NCBI GenBank assembly: GCA_964247055.1
Contig: OZ176057.1
Location: 1,426,001-1,490,000, forward strand
DNA from: Paragordius varius
Lineage: Eukaryota > Animalia > Nematomorpha
Length of the DNA: 64,000 nt
Direction of reading: 5' to 3'
Under the pieces are notes generated by a model. It made no database searches, was not told the origin of the DNA, and was given only the letters and a program-made list of their open reading frames with translations. Position numbers and translations under genes: made by a program. Of this stretch, positions 12,001 through 23,046 are shown piece by piece (the stretch's first letter is position 1; the number at the start of each line of letters is the position of its first letter).

Positions 12001-14135
12001 TAACATCTCTATTTTACGTCTAAAACAAAGATGTAATTGAAAAAAAACAAGAAAAAAGTATAGCAGTGTTTAAAAAAATATATTTTTACTATAATTTAAA
12101 ATGTTTTAAAAATAACATATTGGTAAATCATGGAAAAAATAAACGGAAAATAATACACAACAATCTTAGTAATAAAAACGTATAAATTTAAAATGATCAA
12201 ATTATTGATATTTTTGATACATGCTGCCAATATAGTATTAACATTACAGATGTTTAAAATACGTAACAAAGTTGCAAAGGGGTGTCCAACACAAATATCC
12301 GCGGCTGTTTTGATAATTTCAGTTTTTTTTTAAATTTATTTTGAGCCAAATTTCAGATGACATTTCTAAATAATTTTTGATTGAATTCTAATTTTTTATT
12401 TTTTTTTAAGTTAGAGCTCTTTTGCTATCAAAAAAAGCGCGTTAAACATCCCTGAAGTAGCATGTAAGAAATAAAATTTAATAAAATATTTAAAAAAAAT
12501 CAAAAGATATGTTACTCCATTTTAGGGTGGTTTTATATTCCAGATTAAAGAGTTAATATCTTAAAAAATATTTAAAATTTTAACCCGAATCAAACAATGT
12601 GCTTTCTTTCTTTTAGGTGCATTATACAAGATCTATTTATAAATGTCATATTGGAAAAAAATCCTATCGCAAATTTTTTCGAAGCCATTTTTTCCTATAA
12701 ATTTTGTTAAATCGCTAATGCAACAAACAAATATATGTATATTATGAATTGACAATGTAATTAATTAACTTTAAAAATACTTGGGCTACATTTTATCATC
12801 AAAAACTTGATATATTTTGATTTTAATATCAGCTCTTCGTTTCGATCGTGTGAGTTGTCCCAATTTTAGATTTACAAGTCACTGTATAAAATATAGGTCT
12901 TTTTATATTTAACTAAAACAACTTTCAAAACTGTAGTTTTACGAAATTGAGCTCTGTCATATAAAACTACCCCAATATATCATCGCGGACAAAAAAGTGA
13001 AGCCGTCATGAGTGTTAAAAAATTGCTTTATATATAAAACGAATGGGATAAGAGTGATAATCGCCAAATCACAAATAAAAAAATTCTCAAAAAATACGTA
13101 TTGATTTTATTTTATTTTGAATTGATATAGTTAGCCGAGTATAAAAACTTAAATCATATCGATTGTTATTTGTAAAACCCATTTTATTATAAAATAGTGT
13201 TAATCAACAAAATAAACACCATTTAAAACAACAGTTTTTTAATCGGGATTTATTTAATGTTTTTTTAAGCAATAGACAGGTTTAGATCATCTAATAATGG
13301 CATATATGCCTAATTGTCAATTAGGAGAACTACTACAATCGTTATGAAGCTAAAAATGTGCAATTATCTTATCCAGTAAAAAAAGGCTGTTTAAAAAAAT
13401 TTGTATAACTCTTGTAATACATCTTTTTACACACGAAAAAAATTCAAGCTTATATGTATGTGCAATAGACTATATAATATTTACTCGTTATTTGATAGGT
13501 ATCGGATAATATCAGTTCACCTACAATATGAAAGTTAAAAATATTTGTAATTAATTAAAATTAATTTTTAAAATTGATTTAACAGTAAAAAAAATTATAC
13601 TATTGATAAGTTAAAAGACTGATAATCTAAATACGATTAAAGCGTGTTAATGTTTTCAAATCTCTTCTTAATTTTGTAACTTAAATCGATAATCAAAATT
13701 GAAAAATATGGTTTTTTCATTATAAGTTGTCTTTTTTGTGTTTACATTTTAATATTTTTGGAATTTAACTACCAATTTATATATATTAAATATCTATTTT
13801 TACTTGAAGTATCGTTGAAAAAGAAATTATCATCATCTATCACAACATTATCCAAGGCTAAAAATTAAATTTATTAAATAATCAGAGATATTTAAACCAT
13901 AACAACCGTTTTAGAAGAAAAACAATTACAAAAACTATGAATCTTTCTTTAATCGCAATTTGAAGGATCCTTAAAATTACATTTTTTGCTTTTTAAAAAG
14001 ATTTGGTTTATTTTAATCTTATAAAAAACCAAAAATTATAAAAATATTAATTATTAAAATACTTGTAGTTTCAATAGCAATCGTAGCGATGATGTATTGA
14101 CACAGTAGAATTATTATAATATTTTTGATGGTCAT
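1..14135 (-). CDS. Micro-exon gene encoding a signal-peptide-bearing Thr/Ser-rich mucin-like protein; 3' end lies beyond the window start
   Basis: 14 collinear minus-strand exons with canonical AG/GT ends: 14135-14063, 13857-13804, 13520-13485, 11737-11709, 11650-11624, 11545-11522, 9093-9058, 8969-8934, 7980-7948, 5941-5903, 3869-3831, 1367-1329, 262-224, 33-<1. Skipping the 29-nt exon, they splice in frame to MTIKNIIIILLCQYIIATIAIETT-TLDNVVIDDDNFFFNDTS-SELILSDTYQIT-KTLVIVITT-AIPLNTTT-TSNQSTTSQPLS-TTANTISTEFNT-TTSPPTTIPFT-TMTNMTTSEQPTT-STTQSTTTEEPTT-TTKQLITSEESTT-IITQSTTTDELTT-MTQRNDKNLFF... Confidence 0.85.
224..262 (-). CDS. Micro-exon 13, 39 nt, ITQSTTTDELTT
   Basis: tattag|...ACA A|gtttaa; phase 1-1; paralogous to exons 10-12. 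Confidence 0.85.
1329..1367 (-). CDS. Micro-exon 12, 39 nt, TKQLITSEESTT
   Basis: tatag|...ACA A|gttaat; phase 1-1. Confidence 0.85.
2313..3140. mobile_element. Probable non-autonomous Helitron/Helentron-like (DINE/HINE-type) insertion in an intron
   Basis: TACTAG followed by a GC-rich hairpin (CTCGTGCTGC-TAC-GCAGCCCGAG), a second hairpin (GAAGTCC-TTC-GGACTTC) and a G-tract, heading a GC-richer ~800-bp island; right boundary approximate. Confidence 0.35.
3831..3869 (-). CDS. Micro-exon 11, 39 nt, TTQSTTTEEPTT
   Basis: aatcag|...ACA A|gtttga; phase 1-1. Confidence 0.85.
5104..5432. mobile_element. MITE with imperfect TIRs and subterminal CACCCTTGAACAATTCA repeats (second copy 29941-30182)
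   Basis: Left end catttacagttcaaaatcacccttgaac is the inverse of right end gtttaagggtgaatttgaattgtaaatg; same organisation at 29941-30182. Confidence 0.6.
5903..5941 (-). CDS. Micro-exon 10, 39 nt, MTNMTTSEQPTT
   Basis: ttcttag|...ACA A|gttaca; phase 1-1. Confidence 0.85.
6305..6562. mobile_element. Non-autonomous DNA transposon relic (GC-rich ends)
   Basis: Imperfect TIR cagaggcttagct / agctacgccta, with GC-rich subterminal ggcgccc motifs. Confidence 0.45.
7948..7980 (-). CDS. Micro-exon 9, 33 nt, TSPPTTIPFT
   Basis: tttttag|...ACA A|gttagt; phase 1-1. Confidence 0.85.
8934..8969 (-). CDS. Micro-exon 8, 36 nt, TANTISTEFNT
   Basis: aataaag|...ACA A|gtattt; phase 1-1; 88-nt intron to exon 7. 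Confidence 0.8.
9058..9093 (-). CDS. Micro-exon 7, 36 nt, SNQSTTSQPLS
   Basis: aatctag|...TCA A|gtataa; phase 1-1. Confidence 0.85.
9226..9457. mobile_element. hAT-type MITE, left end eroded
   Basis: Right TIR gttgaggacccctg, gcgggccgca subterminal motifs; flanks ttttaaac / atctaaac resemble an 8-bp TSD. Confidence 0.55.
10221..10728. repeat. Two adjacent copies of a ~170-bp palindromic MITE-like element (10221-10391, 10549-10728)
   Basis: Each copy has ~45-bp inverted ends (gcattttaatagttgtttatttcacactatagttgggc / gccctactatattgtgaaataagcaatcattaaaatgc) and shares the core ttgtttttcca(c/t)acactactgtgttg. Confidence 0.65.
11522..11545 (-). CDS. Micro-exon 6, 24 nt, IPLNTTT
   Basis: attttag|...ACC A|gtatta; phase 1-1. 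Confidence 0.8.
11624..11650 (-). CDS. Micro-exon 5, 27 nt, TLVIVITT
   Basis: attttag|...ACA G|gtaaat; phase 1-1; 78-nt intron to exon 6. Confidence 0.8.
11709..11737 (-). CDS. Micro-exon 4, 29 nt (one base short of symmetric), PQDLYK...
   Basis: ttttttag|...CCAG|gtatat; 58-nt GT-AG intron to exon 5; as assembled it shifts the frame. Confidence 0.55.
13485..13520 (-). CDS. Micro-exon 3, 36 nt, ELILSDTYQIT
   Basis: attgtag|...ACG A|gtaaat; phase 1-1. Confidence 0.8.
13804..13857 (-). CDS. Exon 2, 54 nt, LDNVVIDDDNFFFNDTS
   Basis: tttttag|...TCA A|gtaaaa; phase 1-1. Confidence 0.8.
14063..14135 (-). CDS. Exon 1: signal peptide MTIKNIIIILLCQYIIATIA-IETT
   Basis: ATG at 14135-14133, basic residue then hydrophobic core and A-x-A cleavage motif; ends ACA A|gtattt (phase 1). 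Confidence 0.85.
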
Positions 14136-14760
14136 TTTTAATTATATTTTTTTTATGAAAAATTTGAAAAAAATAATCAAAAATTAGATTTAATATAATT
14201 CAGATTAAAATTAATAAAATAATATGTTAACTTAAAATATTATATATATATCCCTGCAAAAATATGAATTTATTCCTGTGACCTAACAATAAACCTATAT
14301 AATTACATACAGGTGTGAGTAATAATTTTATGGTTTCCAATTTTTATTATAACTGATTTTTTTAATTATTGCAAATATTTATTCGAAATCATTTATAACA
14401 AACAATTTGATGTTACAATATATGGTACCAATTTTAATCTTTTAGGGTTATATTTTTTAGTATTTAGGGTTCAAAAACTGGGAGTTAAAATCTTTTCAGA
14501 AGTTTTTCACGGGAACTGTTAACATTTTATTTTCTTATTGAAAATGTGCTCCAACCTTAAATTATTATCACACGCAATCTAAGCAAGGTAAATATTTAAA
14601 AAAATATTTTTGGAGGGCGTTTTAATTAAATATATTTTTGGAAATGTATTATAAAAATTTGTATTTTGGGGATATTTAGTATATAAATCAATTTTGTTAT
14701 AAGATTAAACACTGTGTACCTGAGAAATGTTGTAAACTTTAGTAATTATAAACATAATTG

Positions 14761-17545
14761 ATGGTTGGTTGGTTTTTCCTAAGTCGTAAACGACTTTTTT
14801 ATATAGTTTTCACTATTTCTTTCCATTTTCTTCTATCTTTTACCGCTATTTTGAGATCGTTCAATGTCATTTTAGTCTCTTATTTTATCGTATCCAACCA
14901 CCTCATCGGGGGTCGGCCTCGTTTCCGTTGTCCTTCTACCTTCCAAAACATTGTATCTTTCTCTAGAGAATTCGATCGCATGACATGACCAAAATATGTT
15001 AACTTTCTGTTTAGAATTATCTCCAGGATGTTTGTTTTAGGTTCTATTTTTGTAGTTAGATTTCCATTCTTAATTTTATCCTTTCAGGTGTATCCTAGCA
15101 TCGCCAGCAGCTCCTATCGAAAGCCATGAGCCTTTCTTTGTCGCTTTTTCTGGAAGTCCAGCTCTCACAACCATATGTGGTGACCGGGAGAACAAAACAG
15201 TAGGGTAATCTTTTTTTATTTTCAATTCCTACGTTTTTGTTTTTCCAAATCTTTATTAGTTTGGTTATGACTTTTTTACCCAATCCTATTCTCTTTCTGA
15301 TGTCAGGAGTTGAAGACCCATCCTCGGACATTACAGCACCCAAAAACATTGTTTAACTATTTCTATTTCCATTCTATCTATAATAATTGTAGGCTTTTCT
15401 CCAGTACATAATATTTTGGTTTTATTAGGGTTAGGCATAAGACCATAACTCAGACTTTCCTTTCGAATCTCTTCCATCAATTCTTATAAATTATTTACAC
15501 TTTCAGCTATGAGAGTATATCGTCTGTAAACCTTAAATTGATTGTTGACCCATTATTTTTACTCCAATATTTTTACCATCTAACTTTCTCATTATCATTT
15601 CTGTGCACATATTGAACAGATTAGGGGATAAGCAACACCCTTGTCTGACTCATTTCAAGATAGGTATTTCTTCTGTGTCCCCCGCTGATGTTCCTATAAT
15701 CGCTCTTTGTTTTACATAAAGAGAGCTGATCAATCTTATTAAGTGGAACGATACCCCTACTAACTTTAATGTTTCCCCCAAGGAGTCATATTTAATCGAA
15801 TCGAAGGCTTGTCTGCAATCAATAAAACACATGTACAATTCTTTCTGAAACTCTTTAGATGTTTCCATTATTCTTCTCATGTTTGATTTATGGTCTCTTG
15901 TGCTTTTTATTCATAAATCCGGCTTGATTTTCTGGTACTGACTGTATAATACTGTGCATCCTGTTTTGTTTTATTTTTAGCAAGCCTTACTAGCATGGCT
16001 AATAAGAGGTATGTTTCGACATCCCCTTTTTTGTATATTAGGAGATAAACAGATGATATCCAGTCGTTTAGCCACTCACATGCTTCCCACACCTTTTAAC
16101 ATACACTTGTGTAATGTTTCTACAGGAATAGCTTTTATTAACTCTATTGGGATATTGTCTAATCCCATCGCTTTGTTGTTAGGAATTTGTTTTAAGGCTA
16201 ATTCAACCTCCTCTCTTAGTATATCTGGATCACGTTCTTCCTCTTTTAATTGCAACACTTTTGCTTGAGGGGCATGATAGAGTTTTTGGGTGTATTCCTT
16301 CCATCTTTCTCGTGCTTCTGTTGTTTTCCTAATATGACATTCTCTTTTTTAATCTTTTGGGATGATATATAAGGTTTGTGAGTCATTTGCTGAGTTTTTG
16401 GAACATTAGTTGCATTAATCCTTTTTTGTTATTTTCCACTTCCAGACATTGTTTATTAAGAAATTCTTCATAATCCTTCCTTGTTTGTCGTTGAAATTCT
16501 TCATATAATTTAACCATTTTATTATCCCCTCTAGATTTAGCTTTTCTCCGCTTTTCTGAGATCCATTTATTATCTTTCCTATTTACCCTTTGCACCTTTT
16601 CTTTTGCCACTTCCTTAATAACATTTTTTATCGTTCCCCATAATTGTTCTGAGCTACAGTCATTGTCCAATCTATCTAATCTATCTTTTGTTTCTGTTCT
16701 AAAACTATTTAGAATGTTCCGAGTGTCATATCTGTATTTCTGTTTGACCTTATTTTTAATTGTTTTAATGTTAAAGCTAATGATCGCTAGAGCAATCGCT
16801 GCTTTTGCTTGTTTTTGTATAGAGTATAGAACTTTTCCCTTTTTGTGGACATATTATGTAGATTTGGTGCTTATATTTACCACATGGAGAGGTTTATAAC
16901 CTCCTATTGTGTTGTGGAAACCATGTGTTGGTTATCATCATCTCCTTTTCCTGGCAAAAATTGATCACTGCCTCCCCACCTCCCCAGTCTCGTTTCGTTC
17001 TCTCAATCCATATGGCCCGACTATTTGATCTACTCTACCTCTACCAACTTTGCTGTTCCAATCACCTATGATAATCATATCTCCTTTCTTCGTTTCATCC
17101 AAAACTATTTGCATCTTTGCATAACAATCCTCTATGTCTTCTTTGGGAGCATTTGACGTAGGAGGTTAGACTACTATGTATGTAAATTTAACTGACTGAG
17201 CATTCAGCCTAATACTCATGATTCTGGGTGTATATGGTGTATAACTAATCAGACTTTTATTTGGTTTGTTTTTTATTAATACTACAACGCCTTCTGATTT
17301 CTGGTCATCTCTCCCCGATATTAACAATGTATATTATCGTTTTGTGCTTTTGCGCTGCCTTTTTGCTTAGTTTCCGTTATACCCAGTATATTTATGTTCA
17401 ATCTTTTCATTTCTCTTTCAATTATATTCTGTTTGGTTTCTGTTAATGAACGTACGTTCCAGCACCCAACTTTGAAATGGTGCGTCTATTGCATAGTGTA
17501 ACTATTGTTTGGCAGTGATAAAACGAGGGTGGTTTGCCATTGCGT
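14761..17545 (-). mobile_element. Near full-length but decayed RTE-clade LINE (AP endonuclease + reverse transcriptase)
   Basis: Minus-strand motifs GCWNVRSL (endonuclease start), GDWNSKVG, NKAMGLDNIPIELIK, FIDCRQAFDS, RQGCCLSPNLFN, YGCESWT, GQRKRGRPPMRWLD; many stops and frameshifts; no TSD found. Confidence 0.9.
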
Positions 17546-18217
17546 TCCCTCTCACTTACCCTCTTTACAAAAATAATTAAATATCTAGGGTAAAATACTT
17601 AAAAATTAACCCTTATAAATGTTGTTAATTTTAATAAATTATGAATATTAATATTTCACTTTGTAAAGCAATCATAAAATAAAGAAAGAAAACATTGTTT
17701 CCCGTTACATTACCTCTCAACTACCGCTTTACTCAAAAATATATGGCTGGATAGTTAAGAATAAAATATACAATTGAAATCTATAAATTTTGTCATTTTT
17801 TGATAATATATGAAATATTTTATAATATAACTCTTTATATTTACAGTGTAAGCATATAATTACAAAAAAATATAGCTAGGCTAGTGAAAATAAAATAAAA
17901 AAAGGCATCAAGAACTAGAAAAAAATAATAATATGCATAACAATGATTTTTGATGAATTGTGAAATATATTCTCTTTATGTTTACATAGTTAGCATACTA
18001 ATACAGAAAACTTAACAAAAAAAATTAATAATCACAAAAAAGAAACATATTTTTAAATATATTTATAGTATATAATATTAAAAATTAATGTTAATATCCT
18101 TTTCCGAAGAATAAATAACGAATTGAGATATCTTGCAGCTTTTAATCACATGATTTAGCGTGAAAACAATAACCTTTTAAACATAATTGATACTTTTATC
18201 AAAACCAATCGAACCAA

Positions 18218-19350
18218 TATTATTATTATTATTATAGCAAAGATCGTTGTCGATTTATTGCTTTTTCTATGGTGTATTTTCTCCAGTTTATTCGATTGTA
18301 AGTGAGTGATGTTAGCTTTTGTAAAGAGAGATTGGTTTCTTTGGTTAGGTTTTCGATCCAGCGCATCTTGCAGCGTCCACGTTTCCTGGATCTTTCGACC
18401 TTGCCTGTCATTAGTTGGAATTCCAAGTTATTAGCTCTGGTAATGTGACCAAAGTATGATAATTTCATTTTGAGGCACATGCCAATCAGGTGTATCTCGG
18501 GGTTTATTTTTTCAAGGATTACAGTGTTCTTTATTTTATCTTTCCAAGTAATTCGAAGTATCTTCCGCCAGCACCAGATTTCGAAGGCGTTAAAGTATTT
18601 TCCGTCTATTTTTTTATTGTCCAGCTTTCTGATGCATATAGCATACTAGGAAATATTAGGGCTTTAACTAAACGGATTTTTGTTTTAAGTTTGATGTCGT
18701 GTGATGACCATAGTTTATTATATTTTATCATTTTTGTCTTAGCAATTCCTACTCTTCTTCTGATGTCGGGGGTGCTGTTATTAGTCGTATTTATAAGACT
18801 GCCTAGGTAAGTGTATTGGGACACTACTTCTATTTGTTGGTTGTGAAAAGATAAGTTGTTATAGTGACTATGAGCGTTTATAATCATGATTTTAGTTTTT
18901 TTTAAAGTTGATTGTCAATCCAAATTTTTGACATTCATTTGAGAATTCAGTTAAGAGTTTTTTTAGGTTGTCCACTGAATTTGACAGCAGTATCATCAGC
19001 ATAGTAAAGTGATGATATAATATTGCCGGCGATGCTTATGCCATTAGCTTTATCTATGTTTCTTAATACGCTTTCTATGCAGACGTTAAAAAGAGTCGGT
19101 GACGCATCCTTGTCTAAACCATTGTTCATTCGTATCCAATTACTTGTGCCGTGTGGCGTTTTTATGATTAGTGATGAATTGGAGTAAAGGGATTTGATGA
19201 TGATTAAAATGTGATCTGAAACTCCCATCTGATAGTGCCTTCCACATCGTGTCGTGCTTCATGCTGTCGAAGGCCTTTGAAAAATCAATGAAGCAGATGT
19301 GGGTTTCTGAAATTCAATTTGTTTTTCGAATATCCAACGTATATTGCTGA
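18218..19350 (-). mobile_element. 5'-truncated RTE-clade LINE (RT C-terminal half) with (TAA)n 3' tail
   Basis: FIDFSKAFD, YYADDT, YTYLGS, YASESWT, YFGHITR, RKRGRCKMRW; (tat)n at 18218-18236 marks the 3' end. Confidence 0.9.
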
Positions 19351-21904
19351 TAGAAGTGATAATTTAATAAAATAATATTTTAAGAAATGTGTTTTTTTTA
19401 TTATCAAAGATTGATGTAATGAAATTATATAAATAAGTTTAAAGTTTCAGCCTTTGTTTTCATGTGAGGATTAATATTTAAAAATATTGTTTTTCTTTTT
19501 TCATGTTGTTTATTATATATTTTAGTGACATTTTTTGGAATAAAGCATTTTAATTCATCAAAATGTTTTATTAATATGAGCACAAAACCATTCTCAGATT
19601 CAACAAAAGTGTAAACTTTCTTAAATCACTAACAAATTGTCCTAATATCATATATTCCTTTTATATTATTTATATAAATCATCAATTAAACTAACGTTCA
19701 CCCAAACGCTGTCAATAATCCAAATGTAAGTACAAGTTTCATACATCAATCATATAACAAAAATATGTTTAATAAAATCCATAAAGAAATATAATATATT
19801 TACATTATATGGGTTTTTTCAAATCAGCCGTTAATGAAATTTACTTTTATATCCATTTTCAGATATAATATAATTCAGGATAAATAACTACTTTTTATTA
19901 TACTTAATAATTTTTATTTTGGATTTAAAATTTTAATTACAATAATAGGTTAATATTTATTCATAAAAATGCAGTATATAAATTCATCTAAAAAATTATA
20001 TAAACTAATCACTAATAGAATTTTTGGGCTTCACTTTGTTAACATTATAATGAATACTAAAAATTAATCTTGACGGATATATCGATGAACCGAATCTTGG
20101 GGCTAGCCTTGATAAACATAAATCCTTATCGACATAAATTAAGTCCAAAAACGGTTTTTAAGATTTGTGTCAATCTTAAGCCTTTTTTGAGATGCTTATT
20201 GCAATATGTTTGGTGGTTGTACATATTTTATATCATATCCAGGACCAAACTGTTTTTTTGTAAAATGTTACCATATACACCCCTTTAAAAATAAAGATTA
20301 TTGATCCCATAAATTGACACGAAGTATATCTAAGCCTTTTTAACTCTGAAATATCGTATCCAGAAATTTGATCTTATTATCAATTTATATAAAAAAATTA
20401 ACCTAAATTGGATGAATCAAATCTTTTCCTAAGAACTTAATACTATTTCATTCAATCGATATAAAATTTTTTAAGCTTTTTGAGGGTTATTTAATATATA
20501 TTATTTGTAAATATTTTAAATGCTAGTATCATGTGGTAATTATTTTGGACTTTTAAAATAAAAAGCTATAAAATTATTTCAAACTTATTTATTTTATTTA
20601 ATAGGGTGACATTTCCACTCAAGTTATAAAATCAGCAAAATTGGAAAAGGGTAGGATCTTATACATAATTGCAGTAAAAATCAAATTATACACAAAAACA
20701 TTAAAATTAACTGACAAATTTTTAAAAGATAACCATTATAAAATTTGTTGATCTTTTAACACCTCATTACCTTCTGAGGTAGTTTTGTTTCTCAAACTAA
20801 AAATTTGAAATTTTAAATACCAAATCTAAAGATATGCGTTTTTTAGCTTTATATGCTACAAAACAAATTTTGAAAAATAGCGAAAAAATCTCATCTCAAA
20901 CTTTTTTGCCGCCATATTTTTTTTTATTTGGCTAATACAACAGGCAAAAAATTGTATTATATGGAATAATATTAACCTTAAGCGGTTACATTTCACCAGC
21001 AATTGATATTTATTTGTAAATGTTCCCGGATTCGAAACACGTAGCAGTTAAATTATAAGCATTTTAATACAGTAGAACGATTGATAAATAAATAGTATAA
21101 AGGATAACACTGATTAATTATGCAAAAGTATAATCGTCCACAAAAAAGGGGTAATGAAGTGTTATTAACACTACATTTTGGCAGGGAACGGAATTGTAAA
21201 TTTACAACCAATTATACATTTTAATTGAATAGTTGATGGGGGAAAATTAAAATTTAAGTGGGGTTGTCTTTTATATATATGAAAATATCAAAGCAAATGT
21301 ATATTTATTTAATAAAGAGGCGTCGGTTCTGTCCTATTGGCAACTAATGCAGACGGTCAAAGTATTGCTATAAAGAAGCAAAAGCTAAAAAATTCAGCTT
21401 TAAAAAATAGTCATATAAACGAATTATTTATGTTATCCAGCCTTAAACATCCTAATATTGTACCATATTTGGGGGCTAGAATTTATCCGACACAAACATT
21501 TTGGCATGGTATTTTAGTAATTTATTCTGCAATTGTCTTGTATATAATATAATGACAATTTTTAATAATATCTTCATTTATTAACAGATTTTTTTGAAAT
21601 ATATCGACGGATTTACGCTAGATAAAATAGCTAAACTTGATATTTTGGAAAAAAGTTCGCAGGAATAGCCCAACAGGTAATTTAAGTTTTTGGATTTTGT
21701 CGGAAGTTCACAAAATTACTAAAAAGTATTTTTAAACCAGATTTCGTTAATTGTGATATCCGTTTTATATGGAAAAATCAAAAAAATATTTTTTTATTAA
21801 TGAACCATAAATATAGACAAACTATATACAAATGTTTTTAAAGACTGCTTGTTTTAATTTGCAAAATATGACATCGAGATTGGTAACACAAACAATTACA
21901 TTTA

Positions 21905-22167
21905 CAGTAAAAAGTGAAATTATACAGACAAAACGTAAAACAAAGACAAATATTTTTATCTAAAAGACAACCATTTTTAAAACCTTTCTCATATAGGCTC
22001 TTTAGTTACAATTGTATAGAATTGATTATAGAATATATGTTCCTATTTCAGACTTTAATAGTTTAAACAATGAGTTATATTGAAATAAATTAAGATTTAA
22101 AAAGTATTTAAAAAAATATTTATCTTTATATTTTTACATTTTGTCAGTATAATTTCAGTTTTTACTG
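21905..22167. mobile_element. Tc1/mariner-type MITE (TA|CAGTAAAA...TTTTACTG|TA); family also at 43489-43741, ~44800-45023, ~46005-46212, ~62390-62653
   Basis: ~55-bp imperfect TIRs (cagtaaaaagtgaaattatacagacaaaacgtaaa / tttacattttgtcagtataatttcagtttttactg), TA on both sides. Confidence 0.75.
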
Positions 22168-22678
22168 TATTTATAATTGTAATTAGTTATCGTAATAAAT
22201 AAGATTAAGAGTATGGTGGAATTTTTAAAAATTGTCTTTTTTACGTTTTTGTGTATATTTAGCAATCCGGCCATTTCGATTATGAAGGTTAATTTTCTAA
22301 ATCATTAAATATATTTATATAAAAATATCAAAAGCATGCATTTATTATTGTTCGCGCCTACTTTAGTATATATTTAAGAGACTTAAAATATTACAAAACA
22401 TTTCATTCATGGTATTTTATTTGTTTTAGACACTAATGGGCCTTGACTATATTCATGCCAATAATATAATACACAGAGATTTGAAATGCAACAACATCCT
22501 CGTAGACACAAATGGATGCGTGAAAATAAGTAATTTAATTTCATTACAAATTTATTTTTGGTGTTTAAATTAAAAAAAATAGACCAAACACTTAAATTTA
22601 CAATTTTCTCCGATAATTTAGCACTTTGTAATTCTTCCTAACATTCAAACATTGATAATGATATCAATAATATCTTTA

Positions 22679-22757
22679 CCAAATAATCTATTGATTAGTT
22701 GAATTTGGCCTGTCGTGCTTCCAATCAAATAATTTCACTCCAGACATCGTCGAAACG
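22679..22757 (+). repeat. Direct duplication flanking the LTR element (79 bp; partner 27289-27365, 77 bp)
   Basis: ccaaataatctattgattagttgaatttggc...cgtcgaaacg abuts the 5' LTR; the same sequence (1 substitution, 2-nt deletion) abuts the 3' LTR. Confidence 0.95.
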
Positions 22758-23024
22758 TGTAAGGTTAAAATATTCTATTTTGTTAACATACTCAATTCAT
22801 GTTGCATCAGTTATTTTGTATTTGAATATTATATATATATTTCATGTTAAAGCTTATCTGTTGTTGAGAATATACATTGTGTAACGTCTACGCAAATAAG
22901 GCATGCACACATAAAAAGAACTTGTGATATAATAGCCACTCACTTTTTTATTTTGGTTTTCTTTTTATCGCTCAACTCTATTTTAATATACCATATTGCT
23001 ATACGTGAATAAATCACCTTTACA
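22758..23024 (+). repeat. 5' LTR (267 bp)
   Basis: TGTAAGG...CTTTACA; matches 27022-27288; AATAAA near its 3' end. Confidence 0.95.
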
Positions 23025-23026
23025 TT

Positions 23027-23036
23027 TGGTGCCGTG
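23027..23036 (+). promoter_or_regulatory. Primer-binding site complementary to the tRNA-His 3' end
   Basis: TGGTGCCGTG, 2 nt after the LTR; eukaryotic tRNA-His ends ...CACGGCACCA. Confidence 0.8.
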
Positions 23037-23046
23037 TTAGCTTTCA

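Noticed and set aside
13804-13857. LDNVVID looked like the C-terminal IAIDDI motif of a MAM or reelin domain
   Set aside because: The exon directly follows the signal-peptide exon, so there is no room for the rest of such a domain.
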